Below, one piece after another: positions 10,411 through 21,189 of a stretch of 64,000 nt of DNA (positions within the stretch are counted from its first letter, which is position 1; each line of letters starts with the position of its first letter). Source of the stretch: Naegleria gruberi (taxonomy: Eukaryota); assembly GCA_000004985.1 (NCBI GenBank), contig GG738845.1, one strand, 5' to 3'. The translations under genes were made by a program, and so were the position numbers. The notes under the pieces are model-generated. The model was given only the letters and a program-made list of their open reading frames with translations, was not told the DNA's origin and did no database searches.

Positions 10411-11759
10411 ATGTCATCATTGCGTTCATTAAAAACAATTTGTTCGGGGAATACTAGTCGAGGAATATTTTCTTTATACAGCAGCAGCAGTAGTAATTTG
10501 TCTACTCTTTCATTATCGAATAAATTCCACTCCTCATCATCATCATTTAATAATAATGCAATAATAGGAATGAATAATCAATGTGCCTTTTATGCAAGAT
10601 TGGTGACTTCAAAGAAAATGGAAATACCATCGGAAGCCTCTACTCTCTCGGAGAAGAGGAAAATAATTCCAAAGGAAGTTATTTCAGAGGAAGATTTGGA
10701 AGAAACAAGTTTTAATCTTTCCTTGTATGTATATTCTTCTTCAACAACAATTAAATTATAAATAATTAATAGACCAAATTCAAAGAGAAATCACATATTA
10801 AAGGAATTGGAAAAATTACCACCAACTCTCGGAGAGGAAGATTTAGTAAAGAGAGAACAAGTGGAAAGAGTTTCTAAATTTTTGGCTCGTGTTGGAGTTT
10901 GTTCTAAACAGCAAGGAGTTGATTTGATAAAGGCAGGTCAAGTGAAAGTGAATGGTATTCTTATTACAGAGAGTGGACAGAAAATGAATCCATTCTATGA
11001 TGTGGTGACTGTTAAAGGTGTAAATGTAAGGTCTTCTTTTTCAATTATTATGAAATATGCTTTAATTTATTCAAATAGATTACAAAGAAGGATGTAGAAA
11101 GTAATTTGGAAAATGTTAAATTATATGCCTATCACAAACCAAGAGGGGTTTTGTGTAGTCGTGTGGATAATGGAGGAAATAGAGAAACAATTTATCAGCG
11201 ATTGGAAAGAATGGGTTTTGGTCATTTGATTTCTGTTGGAAGATTGGATTATAACTCTGAAGGATTAATTCTTTTAACAAATGATGGAAATTTATCGAGA
11301 CATTTGGAATTGCCACAAACAGGACTTGAAAGACAGTATCTTGTCAGAGTTCATGGCCAAGTTTCACAACCTCTATTGGATTCTCTTCAAAAAGGTTCTA
11401 CCATTGAAGGAGTTCACTATGCAGGTATGAAGGCCACTCTTCATAGAGAAGGAGAAAAAACTAGTTGGATTAAAGTAATTCTCCATGAAGGAAAGAACAG
11501 AGAAATCAGAAAAATATTCCAACAATTGAATCTTCCAGTGAGCCGAATTATGAGAATTCAATATGGACCTTACAAATTGGAAAATATTCAAAAAGGACAA
11601 ATCAAAGTTCTAGAACTCAAAGAAGAATTTAAACAAAAATGTTCTAACATTTACAAAACAGCAGTCAGGAGTAAAGAGAAGGAACTGGAAAGAGATTTCA
11701 AAAACAACAGGGCTGGCAATCCTAAGTCAAACAACTCTAAAAGGATACCTGAATTCTAA
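10411..11759 (+). CDS. RluB/RsuA-family pseudouridine synthase with an S4 domain and a presequence-like N-terminus. Three exons: 10411..10724, 10788..11025 and 11079..11759.
   Basis: The S4 domain reads 'VSKFLARVGVCSKQQGVDLIKAGQVKVNGI' and the catalytic region reads 'LYAYHKPRGVLCSRVD...ISVGRLDYNSEGLILLTNDG'. The introns are 10725..10787 (GTATGT...AG) and 11026..11078 (GTAAGG...AG), and phases check at both. Confidence 0.65.
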
Positions 11760-12006
11760 AATATACTGTTCCAATTTAAGAGGCATTAAATGCATTTACT
11801 CTCGTACATGAAATCCTATTCTAAATCTTATTTTCATCAAGAATAAATTTTGATAAAGAGCAAAATGCACAATGTTTTTTCATACTAATAACTTTCTTGA
11901 ATTTGACAAACCGATATTTCTACAACAAGTTCCCAAAAACTCATCAACCCTCAAAACCGAAAACTCTCATTCCGCACCATCTCTCTCAATACCTTAGATA
12001 AAAAAA

Positions 12007-12909
12007 ATGAGCAACAACAACAATAATACATCGAATCAGTCGACGGTCTCACTCTCGGTGAATAACAATAGCAGCTCTTTGAATTTAACTACACCAACGA
12101 ATCGGATTGGAAGATCACGTTCTGTTCTTTCAAAGAAGGCAGGAGTGGCGGGAATTGTGGGCTTGGTGGCAAATAATACGAGTGCCAATAGTAGCATTAC
12201 CAGTAATACAAGTACTAACTTGAAAATTCCTGTTCAACGATTAAATCAATCAAAGGATGAAAGTAATACGAGTGGTATAAAGGATGATATAAATAATACG
12301 AGTAGTTTTAGTTATACTAAAGAATTTGAGGAAGAAAAATTGGGAGAGATGAATGATGATGAACTGTTTCAGAAACTCCGAGATATAATTAAGGGAGAAC
12401 AATCGGAGGAATCAATATTACAAGCAAAAGTGGTTAATCGAATTGCTAGTTCAATCAATGAAAAGTATACAACTGAATACATTCAAGAATGGAAACAATT
12501 GAATTTATTTCATTATAAAAAGCTTAATCAACTTGGAAGTGATGCAAAGGATAACATGACAGATTTAAGTACTCTTGTCTATGATCTAATGGCTTTTAAG
12601 GATATTATTCTGGAATATTATACAGTATTACCATACAAATTGTTACAAGATATTGTACTGATTTCATCAAAGTTTTATAGAAAACAAAGTGATTTATTTT
12701 GGAATCTTAGCGAGTTTATGACATATATATTTTATTTTGAAAATGGAAATCCCAAACAAGCAGCAGATATTACGGATTCAGATATTAATTATGATTTTTT
12801 CTCAATGAGGCAGCTCATGTTTCAATACCACCAACAAGAAAAGTTATTAAAAAAATCATCATCTCAGCTGGAAGACTTGAAAAAACATGCAGAAACAAGT
12901 AAGTCATGA
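12007..12909 (+). CDS. Asn/Ser-rich hypothetical protein. It may be the 5' exon of the following gene.
   Basis: The ORF has an A-run ATG and ends 55 nt before the next ORF. A canonical GTAAGT donor lies at 12899, three codons before the stop. Confidence 0.45.
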   Translation: MSNNNNNTSNQSTVSLSVNNNSSSLNLTTPTNRIGRSRSVLSKKAGVAGIVGLVANNTSANSSITSNTSTNLKIPVQRLNQSKDESNTSGIKDDINNTSSFSYTKEFEEEKLGEMNDDELFQKLRDIIKGEQSEESILQAKVVNRIASSINEKYTTEYIQEWKQLNLFHYKKLNQLGSDAKDNMTDLSTLVYDLMAFKDIILEYYTVLPYKLLQDIVLISSKFYRKQSDLFWNLSEFMTYIFYFENGNPKQAADITDSDINYDFFSMRQLMFQYHQQEKLLKKSSSQLEDLKKHAETSKS

Positions 12910-12964
12910 CTATTAAGATTTCAATTGTAACATTCATCAAGTTATTTCAAAGAGATATCTGCAA

Positions 12965-15451
12965 ATGGAAAAGGAGGTTGAATTTTTGAGAGGAGAAAAT
13001 AAATTTCTGAAAGAAAATACAGCCAACGTGGAAAAACAAACTTTGAAATTGTATAACGAGTTGACAGATGCTTTTTTAAGAAATCAAGAATCGGCTGTTT
13101 CAGAAATTGAAACAGATAGAAGTTCTTCAGATGAAGGAGAAAATATCAAGAATAGCAAATATAATGAAGAATTGAGAGAGTTGGGATACAAGTTGGATTC
13201 TGAATTGAGAGGAGCTTTCCAAAAAATCAATGCACTCAAAGAAGTTTTAGACAATTCACTCACTCAATCCAACACTCTCAAGTCAACAGAGGCCAAAGTT
13301 TTCCAACAATTGCAATCAGTCTCAGTTCAATTGATAACACTCTCCAAAAAGTTTGATGGCAAGCTTCAAGATTCTGTTCAAAACATTTCCAAAGAAATTG
13401 ATAAAGCTCTCGAGAAGAAACTCAAAGCTTCCAAGAGAGATATGGTCCAGTGGAGATTGTTCAACAAGGATGTAGTCTCAAAGAGTCAAATGAAGGAATT
13501 GTTAATGAAGGCGAGGGAGGATTTACTCTCCATAAAGGATGATAATGATGCAAAGGAAGAGAGTAGGGATGAAAAAATGGCTGAAAAGATATTGCAAGTT
13601 GATGAATCTCTCAAATCACTTATCCTTCAAGTTGCTCCAAACGAGTTTTCGAGAGTGCCAGAGGAGAACCAATTGAGAGGTAACAATACAGACACAAAGA
13701 GACCTATCAAATTACTCCAACAAACTCTCAATGAGATTAGGTACGAAAAGAATGCAGAGAAAGCTGCAAAGCAGTCATACCTTAAAAAGTTCACATCTAC
13801 TGTTGCATTGGCAGTTGAGCAAAAAGATGCTGGAAGAAGTGCTCCCGTAAAGAAAATGTCTGCTTCAATATTTGACGAGCAAGCTCCCCAAACGCCAACT
13901 GAAGAGGACGCTGCCAACAATAATAGTCACTGTACTAGTGTAAACAATAGTAACACTGAGGAAAAGGAAGAACCATCCTCAATTAACGTTCAACAACCAT
14001 TTAAGGTGGATCAAATGTTGAAACACATCGAAAAAATTACAACCAACATTCAAGAAGATAACAAATCGTTCCAAGTCTATCAGAAGAAACTGCAAGAAAC
14101 GGAGAAGAAGTATGTTTCTAAAATTAAGGACCTCGAACGACAAGTTCTCATTCTACAAGAAGAGTTAGTTAAAAAGAATACAAAACCACAAGGAAAATCT
14201 CCAATCAACAAGGTGACAAATGCTGTAACTGCTGTAAATAGAATGAAGAGTGCAGCTGAGGAATCGTCGTCCAATCTACTCAGTACTGACTTTTCTACAA
14301 ATCCAATCCTTTCACCATCTCCAACTCCTAATAATCTTCAAAATCTATTTGCAACACCCAAATCGGCTTCTACCTTAGATGATCAAAGATCATTTTCAAA
14401 TAGTCCACAGCCTAAAGCTGTGGACAAGTCATTCCAAAATACTAACAGTAATTCTGGAATACTCAAGAGCCATGGCTCAAAAACGAATGTGCAACAACAA
14501 CAACTGCAGCAGCAACAACAATCTTTTGTTGACACACCTTCAAAAAGTGTGACCTTCCAACTTCCAGCCAATGGAAGTATCAATCCAAATAATCAAACAA
14601 TTCAGAATTCTGTTGACGTAAGGCAGAGTGTTGATTCTAAAGTTGGAAATCTTAGTATTTCTGTCACAGATAGCAGAGTCAAATTCCCTAATTCCAACTC
14701 TCAAAACACAACACCATCGAAATCATATGACCATAATACTGACAATCTAGTTACTCCTAACATTAATACCAACACTAGAAATGAAACAGAAACTATCATA
14801 ATACCTTCTCCTCTAACTCAAGTTGTCATCTCTTCAAATGAGACCTATAATGGAGAAGTTTCCAGTCCAACATCTTTCCACACAGAAAATAATCCTCTAG
14901 TTCTTCAAATTTCATCCTATGGAGGATATCCTCAGAAATATGCCTATGGTAGTGGCATATCTACTAGCAACACTGCTAATAATTATGTTGGTATTGATAT
15001 GTTACAACAACAGCAACCACAATACAATTACTATGACAGTGAAAATGAAATGGACTATCGAAGAGACATTTCTCAAAACCCTGATGCTGTTAAGGAGTGT
15101 CTCACTGCCCAGTCAATTGGTCCACTAGGCACAGCATCAGGCAGAAGAAGACCAGAGGAAATTAATATTGTTACCTATAACAGATCTAGCTCACCAGTTT
15201 CTAGATCAGAATCAGTATCACCAACAATGAGAAAGACTAGGAGAACTAATTCCAGAAGGAAAGAACTTGAGGACGAACAAATTGTTGTAGCTCCAAATGA
15301 ATACGGTATTACAACAGATGAAGTACATGCTCTCCCACTTATTACATCCTTACTTTTAGAAGATCCTCAACTTCATGAAAAGGTTATGAGGAAGAAGAAA
15401 TCAAGTCTTCCTTATCTTTTCAATAACAATAATGAAGAGGTAATAAATTAA
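12965..15451 (+). CDS. Coiled-coil protein with a long Ser/Thr/Asn/Gln-rich low-complexity C-terminus. It may be joined to 12007..12909.
   Basis: An 828-aa ORF. The ATG at 12965 lacks the A-run context seen at most other starts, which suggests the sequence is internal to a larger gene. Confidence 0.45.
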   Translation: MEKEVEFLRGENKFLKENTANVEKQTLKLYNELTDAFLRNQESAVSEIETDRSSSDEGENIKNSKYNEELRELGYKLDSELRGAFQKINALKEVLDNSLTQSNTLKSTEAKVFQQLQSVSVQLITLSKKFDGKLQDSVQNISKEIDKALEKKLKASKRDMVQWRLFNKDVVSKSQMKELLMKAREDLLSIKDDNDAKEESRDEKMAEKILQVDESLKSLILQVAPNEFSRVPEENQLRGNNTDTKRPIKLLQQTLNEIRYEKNAEKAAKQSYLKKFTSTVALAVEQKDAGRSAPVKKMSASIFDEQAPQTPTEEDAANNNSHCTSVNNSNTEEKEEPSSINVQQPFKVDQMLKHIEKITTNIQEDNKSFQVYQKKLQETEKKYVSKIKDLERQVLILQEELVKKNTKPQGKSPINKVTNAVTAVNRMKSAAEESSSNLLSTDFSTNPILSPSPTPNNLQNLFATPKSASTLDDQRSFSNSPQPKAVDKSFQNTNSNSGILKSHGSKTNVQQQQLQQQQQSFVDTPSKSVTFQLPANGSINPNNQTIQNSVDVRQSVDSKVGNLSISVTDSRVKFPNSNSQNTTPSKSYDHNTDNLVTPNINTNTRNETETIIIPSPLTQVVISSNETYNGEVSSPTSFHTENNPLVLQISSYGGYPQKYAYGSGISTSNTANNYVGIDMLQQQQPQYNYYDSENEMDYRRDISQNPDAVKECLTAQSIGPLGTASGRRRPEEINIVTYNRSSSPVSRSESVSPTMRKTRRTNSRRKELEDEQIVVAPNEYGITTDEVHALPLITSLLLEDPQLHEKVMRKKKSSLPYLFNNNNEEVIN

Positions 15452-15639
15452 TGTGTGAAGTTTACTGCATTCATACATTACACTCGAGTGTAATTCGAAT
15501 CAGATTATATTGGTTGGATAATCTAGGGTTGGCTTAGATGTATTTTTCTTAGTGCGATGCTGTTTAATCCTAGAATCCAATCTTGTGTTGAGAATTTCGA
15601 AATGTGCTAAACAAGTCTGTTTAGACTTTTGGTGATTGT

Positions 15640-16764
15640 TTACACGCTCGAAAAACCCTTTTCATAAAGACCAGAAGATTTGGTGGTATTATATACTGGT
15701 TTTTGGATAAATTCTGTGAATGAATTATCTCTGAAAGGGTCATAATAGTCAGAAACGACAATTGGTTCTTCAAAAATATGACCATCATAAATCATTCTCT
15801 TTACAATTTCAGAGATTGTCAAACAATCACACAATCCACTGTGGTGTTGGCCAACAAAAGACAAACCACTTTGATCAACCATAGATTTCAAACCACGAAC
15901 AAAGGCATATGGATAGCATTTGGAATATTCCTTTCTCAAATCATAAAAAGTTCTGAAATATGAGTCGAATGAAATACCCTTTGTTGTTGCTTCCTTGATG
16001 AGTAATCCCTTGATATCCCATTCACTATCAGTTAGAATGCAAAAAGTTTTACCATCTGTAAAAGTTTTCTTGACATAGTTATGGAAGTTTTGAATGGCAT
16101 TACTGAGAGAAATTCCTTCCTTTTCTAAAATCTCATCAGTAATACCTGTTAGTTGAGTGCAGAATGGTGTCAATTTATCACTCCAAGTTGGTTTTACATA
16201 GTATCGTTCCTTATGAATTACCTCCATTGATGCAAGGTCAAAAACAACAAATGGAAATTCAATCATTTCCTGATTGTCACGAGTAATAACTGGATTTACT
16301 CCATTATCACAAGTAGCTTCAAAATCAATAATAACTAAATAATCATATCTATGACGTCCATTATGAATTTCATAGAATTGATTTTGTTGTTGGAATTGAT
16401 CAAAATCAATATAGGATTTTGACTTGTGTTTTCTAGCATTATTTGGAGGAGAGGAAGAATAATATGACTTGTTCTTTTGATGACGAGAAGGGAATCGGTT
16501 AGGAGTGTATGTTGATTGATTAAAGTTAGTAGTATTATTATTCTTTGGTGACTTGTTTTGATTACGGTTATTTCTATATTGATGATTAGGTGATCGTTTG
16601 AATGGTGACGATTGTACTTCTTCATTGACTTCTATAGGAAATATACAAGCATCTTCATAATCACTATTCTGAATAGCATTGGAATTTTGATCAAGAGTTG
16701 ATGATGATGATGATGGACTGGTTGGAGTGTCCAATCTCATATTTGTAGTGCTTTGATAAAACAT
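15640..16764 (-). CDS. DEDDh 3'-5' exonuclease of the ERI-1/3'hExo family.
   Basis: Exonuclease motif I 'VIIDFEATC' is present, followed by 'EMIEFPFVVF' and '...GQHHSGLCD' (the H of DEDDh). Confidence 0.6.
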   Translation of the reverse strand: MFYQSTTNMRLDTPTSPSSSSSTLDQNSNAIQNSDYEDACIFPIEVNEEVQSSPFKRSPNHQYRNNRNQNKSPKNNNTTNFNQSTYTPNRFPSRHQKNKSYYSSSPPNNARKHKSKSYIDFDQFQQQNQFYEIHNGRHRYDYLVIIDFEATCDNGVNPVITRDNQEMIEFPFVVFDLASMEVIHKERYYVKPTWSDKLTPFCTQLTGITDEILEKEGISLSNAIQNFHNYVKKTFTDGKTFCILTDSEWDIKGLLIKEATTKGISFDSYFRTFYDLRKEYSKCYPYAFVRGLKSMVDQSGLSFVGQHHSGLCDCLTISEIVKRMIYDGHIFEEPIVVSDYYDPFRDNSFTEFIQKPVYNTTKSSGLYEKGFSSV

Positions 16765-17869
16765 GATGACAGAGTAGTATACTGATTATATAATAACAAT
16801 GATAGTAGTGGTTGATTAATTTGATGATGACAATAATTATTAATAATTAAATAACTTTGATGACTATTCAATAAGTAAAGCATAAAAAAAACCGTTAAAT
16901 AAATAGTAAACTAATAAAAGTGATGTGATGTGTAAATGAGATTGTAGACACTCTTTTTCTTATTGTAACAACTTGATATTATTATTCTCTCGATATCAAC
17001 CGACAATTTTTGACGTCTATTATCCTAGCAGTAGTGATAGTAGTAGTAGTTCAATGATGTGAATGTGATCAATAGTGAATTCCAATATTTTTGTAGGAAT
17101 CCAATAAGTGTGTGATGATCAGCGCTTAGAGTTTTTATACTTGAGTATTCTAAACTCTCAACAACCAAAGAAGATGAAGTGAAATAGAATTTCTAATGTG
17201 ATGATGAACAGTTATTTTGAACTGTCGATTGAGTGGATTGTTTTTTTGCGTTGAGGAGCGTCATCTCCCGCGTTTTTAAAAACCCTTTATATACTAAGCT
17301 CTAAAAATATTTTGATGTGGCTTGATGGCACAGGATTTGAACTATTAATATTTTGCTCATGATGGAGCAATGCAATGCTCTGATTGCACAATCAAATGCC
17401 AACTTCATGATTTGTTGGTTGACTAAGAAGGATTGATACGGAAGGAAGAAACCGAGATTGTTACAATACATCATCATGTCTTGTTGTATGATGGGTCTTA
17501 AAGAAGAGTTTAGAGTTTTTCCAAAAATGTTCATAGTATTTTCCAATATAAATGTACCATTCAACCAAAAATACTGTCAATGCTTTTACAAAAGATACTT
17601 ATAACTACTACACTTTAAGTGAGTTTTTGGTTCTTTGAAATATGTATCAGTTTCGAACAAATAGAGTTTCATCAATTTGCATGTCCTTAATAAAAGTCAT
17701 CAAACGTTCCGACGTATCTAGTGTTTTATTGAGGTAAAATTCATCGTTTGTTAAGTTATCATATTTCAACTAGAAATCATCCTTTTTTCTGAAATGTCAA
17801 GTTGTGTAATGTTGTGACATCTTATTGCCCCAATGACCTGTCTATGTCACCATTCCAAAAGTCAAAAAA

Positions 17870-18349
17870 ATGAAAATTATTCTCGTCTTGTCTCTATTGT
17901 TGGTTATCCTATGCATTTCTTCCTTTTCTCATGCGCAAACTTGTGCTGACACTAAGACAGCCCCTTTTTCTTGTCCTACTTGTAAGACTTGTACAGGTCC
18001 TTCATCAACTTGTTGTGATGTTGTCAAAGATGCCGCTTCGGGTGCCTTTATGGACTTGGTGAAATTAAGAAAGGCCTCACAAGATTGCATCGACCAAGCT
18101 AAAGAGTTTACATGTGCTAGATGTGACCCTAAAAATCAAGGCCTTCCTACCGACATCAATGGTATTGTCTTGTGCAAGTCTAAATGTTTGACCATGCAAA
18201 AAGTTTGTTCGGGTGTGCTTACTTTCAGATGTGATGACGCACCAGAATCAAATTGTTGGAGTAGCGCCGAGAGTATTCGTCTTGTTGATTTAAAGTTTGT
18301 CGTGGCACTTGTGATTTCAATTTATTTGTTTATTTGTCATTTGATTTAA
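17870..18349 (+). CDS. Small secreted cysteine-rich protein with a C-terminal hydrophobic tail, possibly a GPI signal.
   Basis: A signal peptide 'MKIILVLSLLLVILCISSFSHA' is followed by more than 14 Cys and a C-terminal 'VVALVISIYLFICHLI'. Confidence 0.5.
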   Translation: MKIILVLSLLLVILCISSFSHAQTCADTKTAPFSCPTCKTCTGPSSTCCDVVKDAASGAFMDLVKLRKASQDCIDQAKEFTCARCDPKNQGLPTDINGIVLCKSKCLTMQKVCSGVLTFRCDDAPESNCWSSAESIRLVDLKFVVALVISIYLFICHLI

Positions 18350-18646
18350 AGAATAAAATTAAATTTGCAAGCTATAGTCAACCTGGTGATAAGAACAATT
18401 AGATGATTTTATTTTTACCTATTCCCATATTAAGTGGTTTGATGTCTCGAATATCAGTGTGAGTAATATCGAAGTTCCAATATATAATTGCAATGTTGTT
18501 TATGTGAAGATTGCTCCTCTTCCATTTAAATAATATTCTTCTTCCTTTTTATTCCTCCTTGAGAAGAATCATAGCTCTCCGATTTGTAGTAATTGAGAAG
18601 AATAAAGAAACTACGAGCAGTAATTATCATAATTTAAAGAATGTTG

Positions 18647-19060
18647 TTATTTCATTGAGGGATTAACACCATCCTTTGAGAAACAGGCGTGCTCAGCTCT
18701 AGGCATGACATTTTGTCCTTCAAATCCATTCTGTTGCAATACTTCATGGTAGAAACGTCTGTCTTGATTTTCGGAATCACCATTTGGATTCAATCTGCAG
18801 TAATCCCATTCCTTAACATTTTCATTCAAAGTGAGACCATCCTTATAGATATAAGTCCTATCAACTAGTTTCCCTAAATGCCATAATCCCTCCACTTTGG
18901 CTCCTGAGCTGAAATATATAGTTCCTCTTCCATGAAATTGACCATCCTTCATCTCTCCTTCATATCTCATTCCTTCGGTAATGTAGGAAAATCTACAATT
19001 TTCTCCCTCCATTCTTCCATTATTTTCATCTCCCGAATATTTAGCATTAATAAATTCCAT
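18647..19060 (-). CDS. MORN-repeat protein.
   Basis: MORN units are visible, for example 'YEGEMKDGQFHGRGTIYFSSGAKVEGLWHLGKL'. Confidence 0.5.
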   Translation of the reverse strand: MEFINAKYSGDENNGRMEGENCRFSYITEGMRYEGEMKDGQFHGRGTIYFSSGAKVEGLWHLGKLVDRTYIYKDGLTLNENVKEWDYCRLNPNGDSENQDRRFYHEVLQQNGFEGQNVMPRAEHACFSKDGVNPSMK

Positions 19061-19170
19061 TCTATTTTACTCTTTTCGATATTGGCAATCAATGTGCTAG
19101 TGGTGTGCACCTATTTGAATTATTTACAGTTTTTTTTGTAGTTTGAATTTATAAAAATAGCGCGTTAACT

Positions 19171-21093
19171 TCAATTCTTCGTCTTTGAAAGTAAGAGAAC
19201 TTGGAGGGTGAGGTCAGAATCAATAAACTCTTTCAAACGATTGTTTGGAGAGAGGTGATTGGAAATTTCAGACCATCTTGTTGTTTCAGTGCTGTAGTGA
19301 AGATATTCTGAGAGAAGCTTGATGGATGGATAGGAGGATTTGTTGAGAAGTGCCTCATTAAAATAGGTTGGGCCAACCAAAACAACCTGATCATGGTTTT
19401 CAAGCTCTCTTTGTAAATGTTCATTGAAGAGAGTGGAATTGTCAATACCTTCTAATCCTAAAACTGTAATATTTGGATGATAGTATGAAAGTAAGTAACC
19501 AGGAGGACTGTAAGTATTGTGATAAATTACTCTGGTATTGCTGCTGCTGCTGGATTGTGATTTGTTGATTAATTGAGGGATGGAAATCAAGCTCTTAACA
19601 ACACCTGCTTGGTGAACAAACAGATAGAATAATGAAACCAAAATTCCATGTAAAATGCACAGGGACAAGAAGGTTTTGGATTGATATTTCCATTTTGATT
19701 CGTTTTGGTGATTAGCACTTGCATTGTCATTCTTTTTACCTTGACTCTGAGTTTCAAAATCATATCCCAACATGATAATCCATGGACAATAGGAAGGAAG
19801 AATAAATCTTGGTTCTTGGTGAGGAGCTATACTCAAAATAGCAATACCAGCCAACCAAGAGAAGAATGAAAGCCAAATAATATATGGTACTTGTGTAATT
19901 GGAACAGCATTAGAATTCCAATTATTGGTACCAAAGTTTCTGGTTATCAACTTGAAAATCCACATTATCATTTTGAAAATAATTACAAAGAAGGTACATC
20001 CAAATAAAAGAGGCATATTTACAAAGAAGTGAAGTCCTCTGAAATGGAGTGTGTGAAGTGCCAAATTTTCCACATATGAATTGTAAATGATATTATTGAT
20101 TGGTGTAATGTAAATTGGAAAATTGAAAAAACTTGGGAGGGATTTCGAGTTCCAATCATCAATCAATTCCAACTTGTAGAAAATGTATCTAAAAGAGTTT
20201 TGATAGTTGCTTGAAAGTACATTGCTATAAAATAAAGTATCCAATCCAATCATTAAACTAAAGAAGAAGAGTGTTGAAAATCCAAATACCAACAAATTCT
20301 TAAATAATTGTGACAATCCAGAAGAAAATGAAGGTGATTCAAAAAGTGGAAGTGTTATAACCATAAGAATAACAGTAACTGAATAAAAGGCATAAATAAA
20401 GTTGCTGAAAAATCCCAATGTAAAAATAAATCCATAAATTATCAAATAGTAATTATTTCTTCCACTTTCTCTCCTTTTAATTTCCAACATGAATAGCAAA
20501 GCCAATAGGGCACTTGAAATAGTATTCGAAAATGTTCTAGTATGAAACACTAGAGAAGTGAAAAAGAAGGAATAAATCAAGAATAGGAAATTAGACTTGG
20601 ATAAGAGAGTGCTCTTGGTTGAATTTTCAAAATTATGAGCCTGTCTACATTCTCTAGATTTTAAAATATTCCAAACAATTCTATCTGTAAAGAAGGAAAA
20701 AATAAATAATAATATTTTCGGAGCATAGAGTAAAAAGTAAGGAGAGAGATTTAACAAACTTGCTCTAATATTTGTATCAAATTCTTGTCCATATTGCATT
20801 AATAATTTTATAATATAAATTGGAAGGCCAGTCATTGTGAGAGGAATCAGAGTATTTCTCTGTGGAAAATCAAAAGTAAATTCCCACCTCAGGAAACTTT
20901 CATCCAACACTGTTCCGTTCAATGTTTTTACAAGATGATGATTACTATTTGGATGAATATCTTTCAAAATAATAGATGATGAAAATGATGGTGATTGAAA
21001 GAATTCATCTGGAAATATATATCCCATCGGAAAGATGAAGAATAATCGCAAAATCAAGCTAATCCATAACAGTAAAGAATATGATTTTTGCAT
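19171..21093 (-). CDS. GT22-family mannosyltransferase, probably a GPI mannosyltransferase of the PIG-Z/SMP3 or PIG-B type.
   Basis: The protein is polytopic and carries the GT22 N-terminal signature 'YIFPDEFFQSPS' with a 'WEF' shortly after. Confidence 0.55.
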   Translation of the reverse strand: MQKSYSLLLWISLILRLFFIFPMGYIFPDEFFQSPSFSSSIILKDIHPNSNHHLVKTLNGTVLDESFLRWEFTFDFPQRNTLIPLTMTGLPIYIIKLLMQYGQEFDTNIRASLLNLSPYFLLYAPKILLFIFSFFTDRIVWNILKSRECRQAHNFENSTKSTLLSKSNFLFLIYSFFFTSLVFHTRTFSNTISSALLALLFMLEIKRRESGRNNYYLIIYGFIFTLGFFSNFIYAFYSVTVILMVITLPLFESPSFSSGLSQLFKNLLVFGFSTLFFFSLMIGLDTLFYSNVLSSNYQNSFRYIFYKLELIDDWNSKSLPSFFNFPIYITPINNIIYNSYVENLALHTLHFRGLHFFVNMPLLFGCTFFVIIFKMIMWIFKLITRNFGTNNWNSNAVPITQVPYIIWLSFFSWLAGIAILSIAPHQEPRFILPSYCPWIIMLGYDFETQSQGKKNDNASANHQNESKWKYQSKTFLSLCILHGILVSLFYLFVHQAGVVKSLISIPQLINKSQSSSSSNTRVIYHNTYSPPGYLLSYYHPNITVLGLEGIDNSTLFNEHLQRELENHDQVVLVGPTYFNEALLNKSSYPSIKLLSEYLHYSTETTRWSEISNHLSPNNRLKEFIDSDLTLQVLLLSKTKN

Positions 21094-21189
21094 TTTTTTT
21101 AAAATAAAAATAATTAAATGGAATATTCTAGTTTATGATCAACTCAGTGTATTCTCAAAATGAAATTTCTGTAATGTTAAATTTATAAA

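Noticed and set aside
17548-17600. A U5-snRNA-like loop ('GCTTTTACAAAAGAT').
   Set aside because: The invariant U5 loop is CUUUUACUAAAG. The CAAAAG here breaks it, and no flanking stem or Sm site could be recognised.
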